A program made the translations under genes and the position numbers. From positions 7,341-71,340 of the forward strand of contig SBGZ01000061.1 of the NCBI GenBank assembly GCA_006226415.1: DNA of 64,000 bases, written 5' to 3'. Shown here in pieces: positions 17,983-32,191 of this stretch. The DNA is from Alphaproteobacteria bacterium (GTDB lineage Bacteria > Pseudomonadota > Alphaproteobacteria > M2410). The first letter of the stretch is position 1, and every line of letters begins with the position of its first letter. Below the pieces are notes generated by a model. That model was not told the DNA's origin. It saw nothing but the letters and a program-made list of their open reading frames with translations, and ran no database searches.

Positions 17983-18251
17983 GGCGGGTCCCCTTTGTTA
18001 ATTCGCCAAATCCGACATTGCGCTCAGGATAAGCTTGCACAATTTCTGCTACAAAAGAATCTGAAATTGGGCAAGGCATTCGTCTGAAGACAGGTCTTCT
18101 TGTCTGGCGGCCGATCGCAGGCTTCGCAACGGTGTCATTGAAGCCGTCGACATCCACTGTGATTGGCTCAGTGTTCAATTCGCGATCTATGAGACGACCC
18201 AAAAGATCGATGACCGGCTGCGCGCTTTGGACTGAGCCCCGTCCCTGCCGA

Positions 18252-19028
18252 TCAATGGCGCTCCTGAAGCTTCTGTTCAATTTCAGAAAGCAGATCTGAC
18301 GCCCGCTTTGAATGCTGCTCCAGCACGTTGCTAACCAATGTATGTTGCTGGTAAATGCGCGGCAGCCATTTTATGGCTTCGGGGCGGGAGATGAAATCTT
18401 CAGCGACGGTCTCGATTTGAGCCGGGTCCAATTGAAACCCTTCCGGCTGCCCCCATGTGCTGTCGTTGTTTTCAATCAGGATCAGGATGTCCTTGTTTAA
18501 AACCCCGGCGGTCTCGTGGACATAATGTTGCTGGGCACCGGTTGCATCAATCACCAGTTCCCAATGGTCAATTTCTGAATAATAGGCGGACAGACCTTCT
18601 CTCAAATCTTCAGACTCGATGAGGATCATGTTGCCGGTGTTGACAAGCTCTGAATAGACCGTGCGGTTGATCGGCAAATAAGACTTCCAGGCGGCCTTCT
18701 CAATGGCCTCGACAAAGGCGCGTTGATTGCTTTGGGCCAAGTGGGGCGCTTCAATGATCTGATAGAGAAGCTCAATCTGCGCGCGACGCTCGTTTACCAG
18801 TTTCTGGCCGAACTCGAAATGTGCAATGTCGTTTTCGAGCTCCTGATGAAGCCGCTCCAGGTACCGCGTTTCCAGATTGCGCTCCAGGCGCGCGTCATTC
18901 CAGCTATTGACCTGAAGGCCGACGAAGATGCCCGCGACCACAATGGTGAAATCCAGGACGGCGGCCGTCCAGTTCTGCTGTGTGACGTGATCCATAAACC
19001 GTCGCAGTAACATATGTGTCCCCTTCAA
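18252..19028 (-). CDS. DUF6090-like protein with an N-terminal TM anchor
   Basis: The N-terminus (FMDHVTQQNWTAAVLDFTIVVAGIFVGLQVNSWND) resembles the DUF6090 pattern of a TM helix followed by QINNWNE, then a long helical region. An alternative start lies at the internal Met (MLLRRF). Confidence 0.55.
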   Translation of the reverse strand: MKGTHMLLRRFMDHVTQQNWTAAVLDFTIVVAGIFVGLQVNSWNDARLERNLETRYLERLHQELENDIAHFEFGQKLVNERRAQIELLYQIIEAPHLAQSNQRAFVEAIEKAAWKSYLPINRTVYSELVNTGNMILIESEDLREGLSAYYSEIDHWELVIDATGAQQHYVHETAGVLNKDILILIENNDSTWGQPEGFQLDPAQIETVAEDFISRPEAIKWLPRIYQQHTLVSNVLEQHSKRASDLLSEIEQKLQERH

Positions 19029-19096
19029 CTGTGTATCAAGTATAGGGTTTAATGGACGCTCACCTCAAGGTCCGGCTGGTTTCTTATGGTCTTTGA

Positions 19097-19124
19097 GTGA
19101 CAAACCCTAAAGTCTCCCTATAAT
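19097..19124 (+). promoter_or_regulatory. predicted promoter of the nitronate monooxygenase gene (GTGACA-N16-TATAAT)
   Basis: A perfect TATAAT at 19119-19124 lies 16 nt after GTGACA and about 65 nt upstream of the ATG. Confidence 0.45.
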
Positions 19125-19165
19125 CTCTGAGCAAAAGAAAAAGGAAGCTCCATGCAACGTCATGA

Positions 19166-22035
<2,870 letters not shown>

Positions 22036-22077
22036 TTTCTTGAAGCCTTTTAGGTTTTCCTCGCGACTCTCTGGCAA

Positions 22078-22106
22078 ATAAGACCGGGTTTTGGGAGGCG
22101 GGTCAA
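22078..22106 (-). promoter_or_regulatory. predicted promoter of TIR paralog 2 (TTGACC-N17-TCTTAT)
   Basis: Gene-sense sequence is ccaTTGACCcgcctcccaaaacccggTCTTATttg. Confidence 0.45.
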
Positions 22107-22125
22107 TGGGGTGCGGGTGAGCATC

Positions 22126-22788
22126 TTAAAGCGGCGGCGATGCACTTGCAGGGTTTTGCCTGACTGTTTGTCGCGCGTAGAAGAAGATGAGCGTGCTCAA
22201 AGCGGCGGCAAAGAAACACCAGACGGAAATCAGGGCCTGGAAGAAGAAGTATTGCGAGATTGCAAATGACACGGCGACCAGAGCGCCAAAGGCAACCAGC
22301 GTTCGGCGACTTGACAGGAGAAGCGGCAGGATGACCGCGACGGCATAGAAAACCACGAGCCAATCGTTGGTTTTGAAGTCTGATTCATAGCGGATGGAGT
22401 GACCGACAATTTCTGCGCTATAGGGCCAGATGATCATTCGTAGGAGAAGAAGCGCGGCAATCAGATATCCATAAGGAGTGAGCCACTTCATGACCCGGCT
22501 CCTTTGAGGCTCTGTCTCGACACGCCGAACGGCCGGTGCGACCAGGGCTGGCCATATGATCTGCGCGAAGAATAAAAAGCCGTGCGTGGAGAGATCGCGC
22601 AAAAAGCCAATTTGACCCGTGCCAAGCTGCAGCCAAAGCACGCCTTCTGTGAATTGCTGGGCCGCGAAAATCAAAGGGATTGCCAAAATAGGCTTTTCCT
22701 CCGGGCTTTTAGCCTGGCGAAGAGACATCACGCCAACGGCGGCAAGGCCGGCGCTCAGGGCAAAACTGGCTTCAGCGGAAAAACACAT
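22126..22788 (-). CDS. polytopic membrane protein of unknown function (about 6 TM; possibly DUF6629-like)
   Basis: Hydrophobic helices run throughout, with no catalytic motif recognised. Confidence 0.55.
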   Translation of the reverse strand: MCFSAEASFALSAGLAAVGVMSLRQAKSPEEKPILAIPLIFAAQQFTEGVLWLQLGTGQIGFLRDLSTHGFLFFAQIIWPALVAPAVRRVETEPQRSRVMKWLTPYGYLIAALLLLRMIIWPYSAEIVGHSIRYESDFKTNDWLVVFYAVAVILPLLLSSRRTLVAFGALVAVSFAISQYFFFQALISVWCFFAAALSTLIFFYARQTVRQNPASASPPL

Positions 22789-22975
22789 TAAGGGCCCCCT
22801 TTGGCGCGGATCATTTCAGGAAGTATAGCATTGCCTTTCTGCGGAATGATAGCTCAAGAACAAAATGGGCGGCAGGGCGTCTCGCAGCCCGCAGGGGCCC
22901 TTTGATTCCAATTGTATATAGATCGATGAATCTTTATGCTGACTAAATCTTCTTGAAAGAGCGCTGGAGGGAATA

Positions 22976-23245
22976 ATGCGCAGGTTTGTGATCGAAAGGG
23001 ATCTACCCAAAATCGGTGAGGCAGGGCCTGAAGAGCTGAAAGGGGCCGCCAAGACATCGAACGATGCCATTGCCAAGGTGGGAACTGTCAAATGGGAGCA
23101 CTCCTATGTGACAGAAGATAAGACGTTTTGCATCTATCAGGCAGAAGATGAGGATGCCATTCGCCAACACGCCGAGGTCAGCGGATTTCCGGCCACGAAG
23201 ATAACCGAAATTCTTCGTGAGATCAGTCCGGCCACGGCTGACTAA
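22976..23245 (+). CDS. DUF4242 domain protein
   Basis: The pattern RFVIERDLP...V.W.HSYVTEDKTFCIYQAEDEDAIRQHA...GFPA..I.EI matches the DUF4242 family as I remember it. Confidence 0.65.
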   Translation: MRRFVIERDLPKIGEAGPEELKGAAKTSNDAIAKVGTVKWEHSYVTEDKTFCIYQAEDEDAIRQHAEVSGFPATKITEILREISPATAD

Positions 23246-23273
23246 AGCGAAACGGGCGAGCGGTCCAAATCTC

Positions 23274-25508
23274 TTAGGTGGTCTCGCTGGAAAAGTTCCG
23301 GTCTATTTGTTCCAAGTTTTCCGGGCTCAATGGGAGGAGGCCTGAGAGCTGCGCTTTTTCTTTCTCGCGTTCTGAATGCGTGCGATCCCGATCTTGAAGT
23401 TCCTGGAACTCTTCTTCCTGCCATAACGGCTTGAGCAATGGGGTATTGATCAAAACCTTGGCCATGCCTGGCGCCTGGCGCGCAAACTGCCGAGCTTCGC
23501 GGATGGCAACGGCGTGTTCGCCATCCATCATACAAATGCAGGCGCCAATAAAATGGGTACCGCGATGAACGCCCTCGTGGTCGGTCAGATAGACCGAATA
23601 GACTTCTTTGAGCCTGCGCTTGTCGGCATCGGCGGCAGGGGCGTCGCCCTTTCGCGCCTTAATGGCCCAAAGCGTGATCGCGCCGAGGCAGAATTCGTTA
23701 ATTTCAAACAAAGGTCCCCATCCCGATGTTTCTCGGGGTTCCAGCTCGGTTAGAATTTCGTGGGCGGCCTCAATCCGATCATTTAGAAAATGCCAATAGG
23801 CAAGGATGGTCGGCGTTGCATCGGGAACCTCATTCTGCAAAACGGCGGCCATGCGATTGGCGTCCTCGGTCATGCCAAAGAGCGTGTAAATGTTGAAGGC
23901 GGAGCCCGCGTCAAGATGTTCGACGGTTGGGCCATCGCCGAGAGCCGTCATTACCGTTTGCAGGCAGGTACTCCACTGCGTTTTATTAAAGACGTTGAGC
24001 CTAGAAAGGCAGATACTGAGGCATTTTCGAAGCTCGCCCCGGTTCCATGCAATATGAAATGCGCCCCATTGACTGAACATTGAATTGGGCTCAACGACCT
24101 CAATACGTTCAAGCAGTTGTTGTGCTTCGTCATAGCGCATGCGTTGGGGCAGTTCTTCCAAGAGATTGAGAAGGTCCACGCCGGATACGGGGTCGAGGCT
24201 CAGGGCTTTTTGCAAGGACCTGACAACCAGTGCGCGCGGGTTGGCGCCCCGTTTCAGGATCAGGCCCAGCAAACGATAGCCGCGGGCGCAATTGGCATTG
24301 ATGCTGATGGCCTTTTCAACATGGGTTTGCGCTTCGGCCATATTGTGGCCCATGTAGAAGTAGAGGGCCCAAGAGAGAAGGCACTCGTCGGAATTAGGGT
24401 TCAGGCGGGCAGACTTTTCGAGATAGGGCCGAGCTTCGATCAAAGTCTCTTCAACCGGGCGCGTGCCATAACAAATGGGGTGGTTGCTTGATAATAAAAT
24501 GGCGTCGGCCATACCGACTAATGAAGGGACAAATTCTGAATCCGCCTGCAGGGAGATTTCGAAATGGCGATGTGCCTCCTTGATGCTCGCGACGGTACGG
24601 GTCTTGAGGCTTTGCTGGCCAAGCAGATATTCTTCATAGGCCGTAATGGAATGGGCGCGGGTCACGGCTGGCGCGACCGGGTTTACGGCAATGCGCTCTT
24701 TTAAAGCATCCACGATGGCGGCGGCGATTTCGTCCTGAATGGCGAAGACGTCTTCAAGCACCCGGTCATAGGTTTCTGACCAGAGATGACTGTCGTCGGC
24801 CACTTTGATGAGCTGAGCTGTGATACGCACCCGATTGCCGGCTTTGCGCACCGAGCCTTCCAGCACATGCGCCACGCCAAGGATCTCGCCCATAGTTGAG
24901 ATCGACAGGTTCTTGTCTTTGAACTGAAACGACGAGGTGCGGGCTGTGACTTTCAAATTACCGATCTTGGCCAATAAATTGAGGAGTTCTTCGGAGATAC
25001 CGTCTGAAAAGAACGCCTGTTCCGGGTCAGATGACATATTCACGAAAGGCAGAACCGCGATGGAAGCCTCGGGGGTTGCAGATCCGGTGGGCGACCCGGT
25101 TCGGCCGGCGGCCTTGTTTTGTGAAACATGAAAATGGATGGCCTGATCCAGGGTTGTTAAGGCGTGACTGTCCTCGCCCAATTGCCATGTCGTAAAATCA
25201 ATGGTCTGGATTTGGCGAAATCCGATTGGGGCATCCAGAACGTCAAATTTTATGGGGATCAGCTTGGCGGCAGCAAGTGCGCAATCCGCCTCATCTGTCA
25301 CCCACCGGGACTTTCGTGATTCCTTGGTCCAGACGACGATGACGGCTTTGGCTTGTTCGAGCTCTCTTTCGATTTCTTCTGAGAATCGTGAGCCACCGCG
25401 CAGGTCGTTGTCCCACCAGACGGAGTAACCTTTTTGTTCAAGGATTTCGACGAGTGGTTTGACCTCAGCGTGGTCGTGACTGGAGTAGCTGACAAAAATA
25501 TCCGCCAA
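23274..25508 (-). CDS. TIR / sensor-linker / TPR protein (paralog 3)
   Basis: Begins ADIFVSYSSHDHA...SRWVTDE, followed by ASIAVLPFVNMSSDPEQAFF...GSVRKAGNRVRITAQLI and a TPR-like C-terminus. The TTG start is forced by an in-frame TGA three codons upstream. Confidence 0.85.
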   Translation of the reverse strand: MADIFVSYSSHDHAEVKPLVEILEQKGYSVWWDNDLRGGSRFSEEIERELEQAKAVIVVWTKESRKSRWVTDEADCALAAAKLIPIKFDVLDAPIGFRQIQTIDFTTWQLGEDSHALTTLDQAIHFHVSQNKAAGRTGSPTGSATPEASIAVLPFVNMSSDPEQAFFSDGISEELLNLLAKIGNLKVTARTSSFQFKDKNLSISTMGEILGVAHVLEGSVRKAGNRVRITAQLIKVADDSHLWSETYDRVLEDVFAIQDEIAAAIVDALKERIAVNPVAPAVTRAHSITAYEEYLLGQQSLKTRTVASIKEAHRHFEISLQADSEFVPSLVGMADAILLSSNHPICYGTRPVEETLIEARPYLEKSARLNPNSDECLLSWALYFYMGHNMAEAQTHVEKAISINANCARGYRLLGLILKRGANPRALVVRSLQKALSLDPVSGVDLLNLLEELPQRMRYDEAQQLLERIEVVEPNSMFSQWGAFHIAWNRGELRKCLSICLSRLNVFNKTQWSTCLQTVMTALGDGPTVEHLDAGSAFNIYTLFGMTEDANRMAAVLQNEVPDATPTILAYWHFLNDRIEAAHEILTELEPRETSGWGPLFEINEFCLGAITLWAIKARKGDAPAADADKRRLKEVYSVYLTDHEGVHRGTHFIGACICMMDGEHAVAIREARQFARQAPGMAKVLINTPLLKPLWQEEEFQELQDRDRTHSEREKEKAQLSGLLPLSPENLEQIDRNFSSETT

Positions 25509-25555
25509 TTCGCTTCAGGCCCCTTCAACCGCCATGCGAGAAAATCAGTCCCCAG

Positions 25556-25584
25556 ATAAAAGCCTCTTTCCCCTTTCGGGTCAA
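25556..25584 (-). promoter_or_regulatory. predicted promoter of TIR paralog 3 (TTGACC-N17-TTTTAT)
   Basis: Gene-sense sequence is ccaTTGACCcgaaaggggaaagaggcTTTTATct. Confidence 0.4.
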
Positions 25585-25786
25585 TGGCATGTGGTTCGTC
25601 GTGGGCGGGGAGGGAGAAGTTTTGATTGGCGCGACCCCGATAAAAGCCACTGAGGAGGGCGGTGGTGGACTTGTTGTCTTGTAGATCGGAAAAATCGATC
25701 AGATTGACAATTATAACTCATTTCACCAATTAAATTCTGAGTGATAAGCGTGGTTATAGGAGCGCTGGCTCCTCTGCAACATGTGA

Positions 25787-27991
<2,205 letters not shown>

Positions 27992-28020
27992 AGCTCTGCA
28001 AGCTCATAAAAATGACAAAA

Positions 28021-28050
28021 GGCCGTTCCAGAGATCTGGAGCGGCCTTTC
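28021..28050. terminator. bidirectional hairpin terminator between katG and the DUF2852 gene
   Basis: A 10-bp stem ggccgttcca/tggagcggcc (one G-U pair) has a 6-nt loop. It is flanked by A-rich sequence on the left and tttc on the right, between convergent genes. Confidence 0.55.
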
Positions 28051-28071
28051 ACATTTAGGGAAGGAATTAAA

Positions 28072-28584
28072 TTATCCGTTCTCGGATGGACCCTGTTCGT
28101 CCGGATCTGTTTCGGGCTCTGGGCTTCCGGGGTCAGGAACCACTGCACCTTTTGATTTTCGCTCGGCGACAAAGGCTTCAAATTCTTCCTTGTCTTTGGC
28201 CTGGCGCAGGCGGTTGAGGTAATCCTGAAACTCGGATTGTTCTTCTTCCAGGCGGCGCAGCACTTCCTCGCGATAGTCATCAAAGGCTGAATTACCGCTT
28301 GAGGGTGCGTGGCGTTTGCGGCGATGCCCGCGAGGGCGCCCGCCACATCCCCCGCGATAGCGGCGGGGATGGCATGTCTCTCGCGCGTGGCTATTGCCGG
28401 AAGGGCCGCCCGCCAGAAGATGTCGCTCGTAGCGCCAATCGGAAAACCTTCCGGAGAAGATCAGGAAGAACAGGGCGGCAAGGCCGACCGGCCAGAAAAT
28501 AACAAATCCGAGGATCATTAAGGTGAGCCAGGCGGGTTTTCCCATCTCATCCATTTTACTCAGAAAGTCTTGCATGGGGTTCAT
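28072..28584 (-). CDS. DUF2852 domain membrane protein
   Basis: The N-terminus KPAWLTLMILGFVIFWPVGLAALFF is followed by an Arg-rich region and an acidic coiled C-terminus, a typical DUF2852 layout. Confidence 0.65.
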   Translation of the reverse strand: MNPMQDFLSKMDEMGKPAWLTLMILGFVIFWPVGLAALFFLIFSGRFSDWRYERHLLAGGPSGNSHARETCHPRRYRGGCGGRPRGHRRKRHAPSSGNSAFDDYREEVLRRLEEEQSEFQDYLNRLRQAKDKEEFEAFVAERKSKGAVVPDPGSPEPETDPDEQGPSENG

Positions 28585-28592
28585 CTCACTGA

Positions 28593-28617
28593 ATGTTAAT
28601 GTTTATAACATTAACAT
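28593..28617. promoter_or_regulatory. perfect inverted repeat atgttaatgtt-N3-aacattaacat (candidate operator)
   Basis: The 11-bp arms are perfectly complementary. It lies 9-33 nt upstream of the DUF2852 start codon and immediately after a possible TTGACA(28645-28640)-N17-TATCTA(28622-28617) promoter on the minus strand. Confidence 0.5.
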
Positions 28618-28726
28618 AGATAGGGTAGATCGAAGGCGCTGTCAAGATAGAGATGGGGAAGAAAGACGCCGGGCTCAAGAACCGGGAGAGCTAGATCGGG
28701 CGTAGATCCACCCAAAAAGGTGGTTT

Positions 28727-29380
28727 TCAGCCATTTTTGGCAGGTGAAAGCGGGATGCCCAGGCCTTCCAGATAAATTAGAACGCCCGCCTCGAGGAGGT
28801 CTTCGGGCTCCATGGGAATGGGGTGAGCATTGGGATTGTTGCGGCCAAAGAGGTCGGCAATGCCGTGCGACAGGGACCAAATGTGCAAGGCCACCATCAT
28901 GGCAGGCGGGCGCTTGGGTTTCGGCATGTCGGCAATGAGGGTCTCAACAGCCTGGCGCAATACGGCAAAGGCATCGGTACTGGCGTCGGTCACTTCCTGT
29001 TGCAGTTGAGTGGGCAGGCGCGCTTCAAACATGGCGGCGTAATAGGCGGGTTCTCTTTCGGCAAACTTCAGATAAGCCCGTCCGACGTTCATGAAGGCGG
29101 TGCCGGGATCGGGCGCGCCTTCGTTCCAGGCGGCGTTCAAAGCGGCGGTGAATTTTTCAAAGCCACGGCTGGCGATATGCGCGATCAGCGCCTCACGATC
29201 CTTAAAATGGCGATAGGGGGCAGCAGCGCTGACGCCAATCACGCGGGCGACTTCAGCAAGGGTAAAACCAGCCGGCCCAAACTCGGCAATGAGTTTGAGG
29301 GCCACATCGGTCATGGCCTCTGCGAGGTCGCCGTGGTGGTAGCCGCGTTTGCGGTGGGGTCTGGATCGATGTTCTGACAT
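28727..29380 (-). CDS. TetR/AcrR-family transcriptional regulator
   Basis: The HTH region reads FTLAEVARVIGVSAAAPYRHFKDREAL. I prefer ATG 29380 (MSEHRS...) over the longer track ORF. Confidence 0.85.
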   Translation of the reverse strand: MSEHRSRPHRKRGYHHGDLAEAMTDVALKLIAEFGPAGFTLAEVARVIGVSAAAPYRHFKDREALIAHIASRGFEKFTAALNAAWNEGAPDPGTAFMNVGRAYLKFAEREPAYYAAMFEARLPTQLQQEVTDASTDAFAVLRQAVETLIADMPKPKRPPAMMVALHIWSLSHGIADLFGRNNPNAHPIPMEPEDLLEAGVLIYLEGLGIPLSPAKNG

Positions 29381-29486
29381 GTGAAGGGTTTTTACATGAA
29401 CTGGCCGCGTTTTGTCGCGTCTTTTGTTGCGCACAACCGAAGCCTCATGCTTTCCTGGGTCAATTGGCAGGAGAAAGGATCAAATT

Positions 29487-29786
29487 GTGACAGCGGTGCT
29501 CGCAATAGCGCATTTGAAAATTCACGACCCGGAAACTTACGCCCAATACGGCGAGCCTTTTATGGCCATTTTGGCGGGATTTGACGCCAAGCTTCTTGGG
29601 TTTGCCGATGGGCCGGAGGTGCTCGAAGGCCGTTTTGACGGCACGCGGCTGGTGGTTCTGGAGTTTGCCAGCCGTGAGGAGCTCGATCGCTGGTATCAGT
29701 CTGAGGCCTATCAGGGGATTTTACCCCATCGGCTCGCGGCCTCAGACGGAGATGTGTGGATCGTGCCCAAGTTGGACTTGCCGTAG
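29487..29786 (+). CDS. DUF1330 domain protein
   Basis: The sequence AIAHLKIHDPETYAQY...VVLEF.S.EEL..WY.S..YQ is DUF1330-like. GTG 29487 follows a ggagaaagga SD; the track begins at 29412. Confidence 0.65.
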   Translation: MTAVLAIAHLKIHDPETYAQYGEPFMAILAGFDAKLLGFADGPEVLEGRFDGTRLVVLEFASREELDRWYQSEAYQGILPHRLAASDGDVWIVPKLDLP

Positions 29787-29865
29787 AGGCCGCCAAGACA
29801 CTATCTTGACCACTTGATCAGCCACTCGGGTGGCTTCCCTTGCAAAAATTTCAGGTGTCGTGCTC

Positions 29866-31647
29866 ATGAAATACCGTCTTTCAAGCCTTCTTTTGATTTC
29901 AGCTTTTCTGGTTTCTTGCTCCTCGCTGGAGCGCGTTAATCCATGGGACCAGGGCCCCAAGGAAGAAAAGAAACTGACGGCTGAGGAGTTCCGCAAAGCT
30001 TCGGAGACCGTGGTTTCGTGGCACGCGAAAGGAACTCCGCGCAAGCGCTCCGGCGAAGATTATCTCGATGTCAAAATTCTTGGCATCAATGACTTGCATG
30101 GACATCTCAACGGAGAGACCTTGGCGGGGCGGCCACTTGGCGGCGCGGCGGTTCTTGCTTCTTACATTGACGCGGCGGAAGTACCCGGGCGCACATTGAT
30201 CGTCCACGCGGGGGATATCGCAGGAGCCAGCCCGCCGGTCTCCGCATTGTTGCAGGATGAGCCGACGGTTGCCTTTCTCAACATGCTGGCCAATGACCAT
30301 TGTTCGCAGGAAGATCTTGCCAACCCGAACTGCAATATGGTCGGGACTATTGGCAACCATGAGTTTGATGATGGCCGCCCGGAAATGATGCGGCTCATCA
30401 ATGGGGGGCCGTTCAAGGACGACATAGGCCAGGTGCGGCAATGGGAGGGATCAGAGTTTCCTTATGTTTCCGCCAATATCGTCGTCACAGAAACCGGTAA
30501 AACTTTGGTGCCGCCTTATGTGATCAAGGAAGTGGAGGGTGAAAAGATCGCCTTCATTGGCGCGGTCCTTGAAGATGTGGCGAGCATTGTCATGCCGGCC
30601 TCGGTGGAAGGTCTGACCATTCTTGATGAAGCGGAAGCGGTCAACAGCTATATCCCGGAATTACACGCACAAGGGGTGCATGCCATTGTGCTCATCATTC
30701 ACCAGGGGCTGCGGCAAGAGCATTTTGGTAAGCATGCCATTGTCGGCGAGGGTGAGCTGTCGGGTGAAATTATTGACGTCACCCAGCGGCTGCATGATGA
30801 CGTGGACCTTGTTGTTTCCGGTCATGCCCATGCCTATACCAATGTTTTGGTGCCCAATAACAATGGCAAGGAAATCCTTCTGGTGCAGGCCTATTCCTAT
30901 GGGACGGCCTTTGATGACATCGACATCACCATTGACCGGGCTTCCGGGGACATCGTTGCCAAATCCGCGACGATTGTGACCACCTGGGCCGACAAGGGAC
31001 CCGGGCTTTCGCCGGATATTCAAGTGGCCCAATTCGTCGCGGCCAAGAACAAGGAAGTGGAACCCCTGGTGACCCGTGTTGTGGGTCAGGCAGCGGAGTT
31101 TTTGACGCGGGTCCCCAATGAAGCTGGCGAATCGCCGCTCGGCGTCCTCATCGCCGAAGCCAACCGCGCCGCAACGGACGCGGATTTTGCCTTTGTGATG
31201 ATGGGCGGGGTGCGCGCTAGTCTTGAAAAGGGGGATATTCAATGGGGGCAGGTTTCAACTCTTCTGCCGTTCCGCAATCAGCTCATCACAATGAGTCTGA
31301 CGGGCGCGCAATTGGAACGTCTGATGCGTCAGCAGTGGCACGCAGAAGGACGTGACCATATTCTGCAGGCCTCAGGCATGGTGTTCACCTGGGATGCGGC
31401 CAAGCCCTGGGATCAACGGTTTGTCAGTTTCAAAAAGGCCAATGGGGACCCCATTGAGCCGGACAAACTCTACCGGGTGACGGTAACGAATTTTCATGCC
31501 TCGGGCGGTGACGGCTTTACCGTCTTGAAAGAAGGCACCGATGTGGTGCCAGGACCGATGGATATCGATGCGCTGATTGATTACTTCAAGGCACAAGGCG
31601 GGCCGGTGTCGCCGCCCACGCCGGGGCGTGTGATCCGGCTCAACTAG
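29866..31647 (+). CDS. bifunctional metallophosphatase / 5'-nucleotidase (UshA family) lipoprotein
   Basis: Has a lipobox (FLVSCSS), GINDLHGHL and GNHEFD metallophosphatase motifs, and a C-terminal 5'-nucleotidase domain. I prefer ATG 29866. Confidence 0.85.
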   Translation: MKYRLSSLLLISAFLVSCSSLERVNPWDQGPKEEKKLTAEEFRKASETVVSWHAKGTPRKRSGEDYLDVKILGINDLHGHLNGETLAGRPLGGAAVLASYIDAAEVPGRTLIVHAGDIAGASPPVSALLQDEPTVAFLNMLANDHCSQEDLANPNCNMVGTIGNHEFDDGRPEMMRLINGGPFKDDIGQVRQWEGSEFPYVSANIVVTETGKTLVPPYVIKEVEGEKIAFIGAVLEDVASIVMPASVEGLTILDEAEAVNSYIPELHAQGVHAIVLIIHQGLRQEHFGKHAIVGEGELSGEIIDVTQRLHDDVDLVVSGHAHAYTNVLVPNNNGKEILLVQAYSYGTAFDDIDITIDRASGDIVAKSATIVTTWADKGPGLSPDIQVAQFVAAKNKEVEPLVTRVVGQAAEFLTRVPNEAGESPLGVLIAEANRAATDADFAFVMMGGVRASLEKGDIQWGQVSTLLPFRNQLITMSLTGAQLERLMRQQWHAEGRDHILQASGMVFTWDAAKPWDQRFVSFKKANGDPIEPDKLYRVTVTNFHASGGDGFTVLKEGTDVVPGPMDIDALIDYFKAQGGPVSPPTPGRVIRLN

Positions 31648-31692
31648 GCGCTGTTGAAACCTCCAGTCGAGGACAGAAAGGACGTCAGGTTC

Positions 31693-32142
31693 ATGTCAAT
31701 CAACTTTCCACTGAAGGGCGGCTGTGCTTGCGGTGCCATAGAATTTGAGTGCCATGCCGACCCCGTCTTTTTCTTCCTGTGTCATTGTGTGGATTGCCGC
31801 AAGGCAACTGGCAGCGTTTATGCGCCCAATGTCTGGTTTTACATTGACGCGGTAAAGATCACGAAGGAGCCCGCGGCCCATCTTGAAAAAAGTATCGCGG
31901 GCGATGATGTGCGGCATGAGTTCTGCCCGGACTGCGGCACGCCGATCGGGATGTCGACGGCAGCCAATCCCAATATGCGCGGATTTCGGGCCTCCTGTTT
32001 TGAGGATCTGCAAGGACTGGAACCGATTGCCAGCATTTGGATTTCCACCAAATTGCCATGGGAAAAACTTGACCCCTCGCTCCCGCAATTTGAGACGCAG
32101 CCAACCCGCGAGGAATTTCTCAAGCTCATTGGCCGTGGTTAG
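31693..32142 (+). CDS. GFA (glutathione-dependent formaldehyde-activating / CENP-V) family protein
   Basis: Carries the Cys clusters GGCACGA, CHCVDCRK and CPDCG. Confidence 0.8.
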   Translation: MSINFPLKGGCACGAIEFECHADPVFFFLCHCVDCRKATGSVYAPNVWFYIDAVKITKEPAAHLEKSIAGDDVRHEFCPDCGTPIGMSTAANPNMRGFRASCFEDLQGLEPIASIWISTKLPWEKLDPSLPQFETQPTREEFLKLIGRG

Positions 32143-32191
32143 AGGTTCGTTGGTCTGATCGGACGGGATTGCGGGCTAATTCAACAGGCGG

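Noticed and set aside
17888-18280. 130-aa ORF bridging the two TM-anchored hypothetical genes
   Set aside because: It would overlap the downstream gene by 95 nt and the upstream gene by 29 nt. The downstream gene has a strong SD at its own start. The composition is Arg-rich. I cannot exclude a shorter real gene or an sRNA in the 270-bp gap.
22036-22077. 14-codon N-terminal extension of TIR paralog 2 given by the ORF track
   Set aside because: The extension starts right next to the predicted -10 box. The other two paralogs begin at the homologous TTG-GCn-GAT, so TTG 22035 is more consistent.
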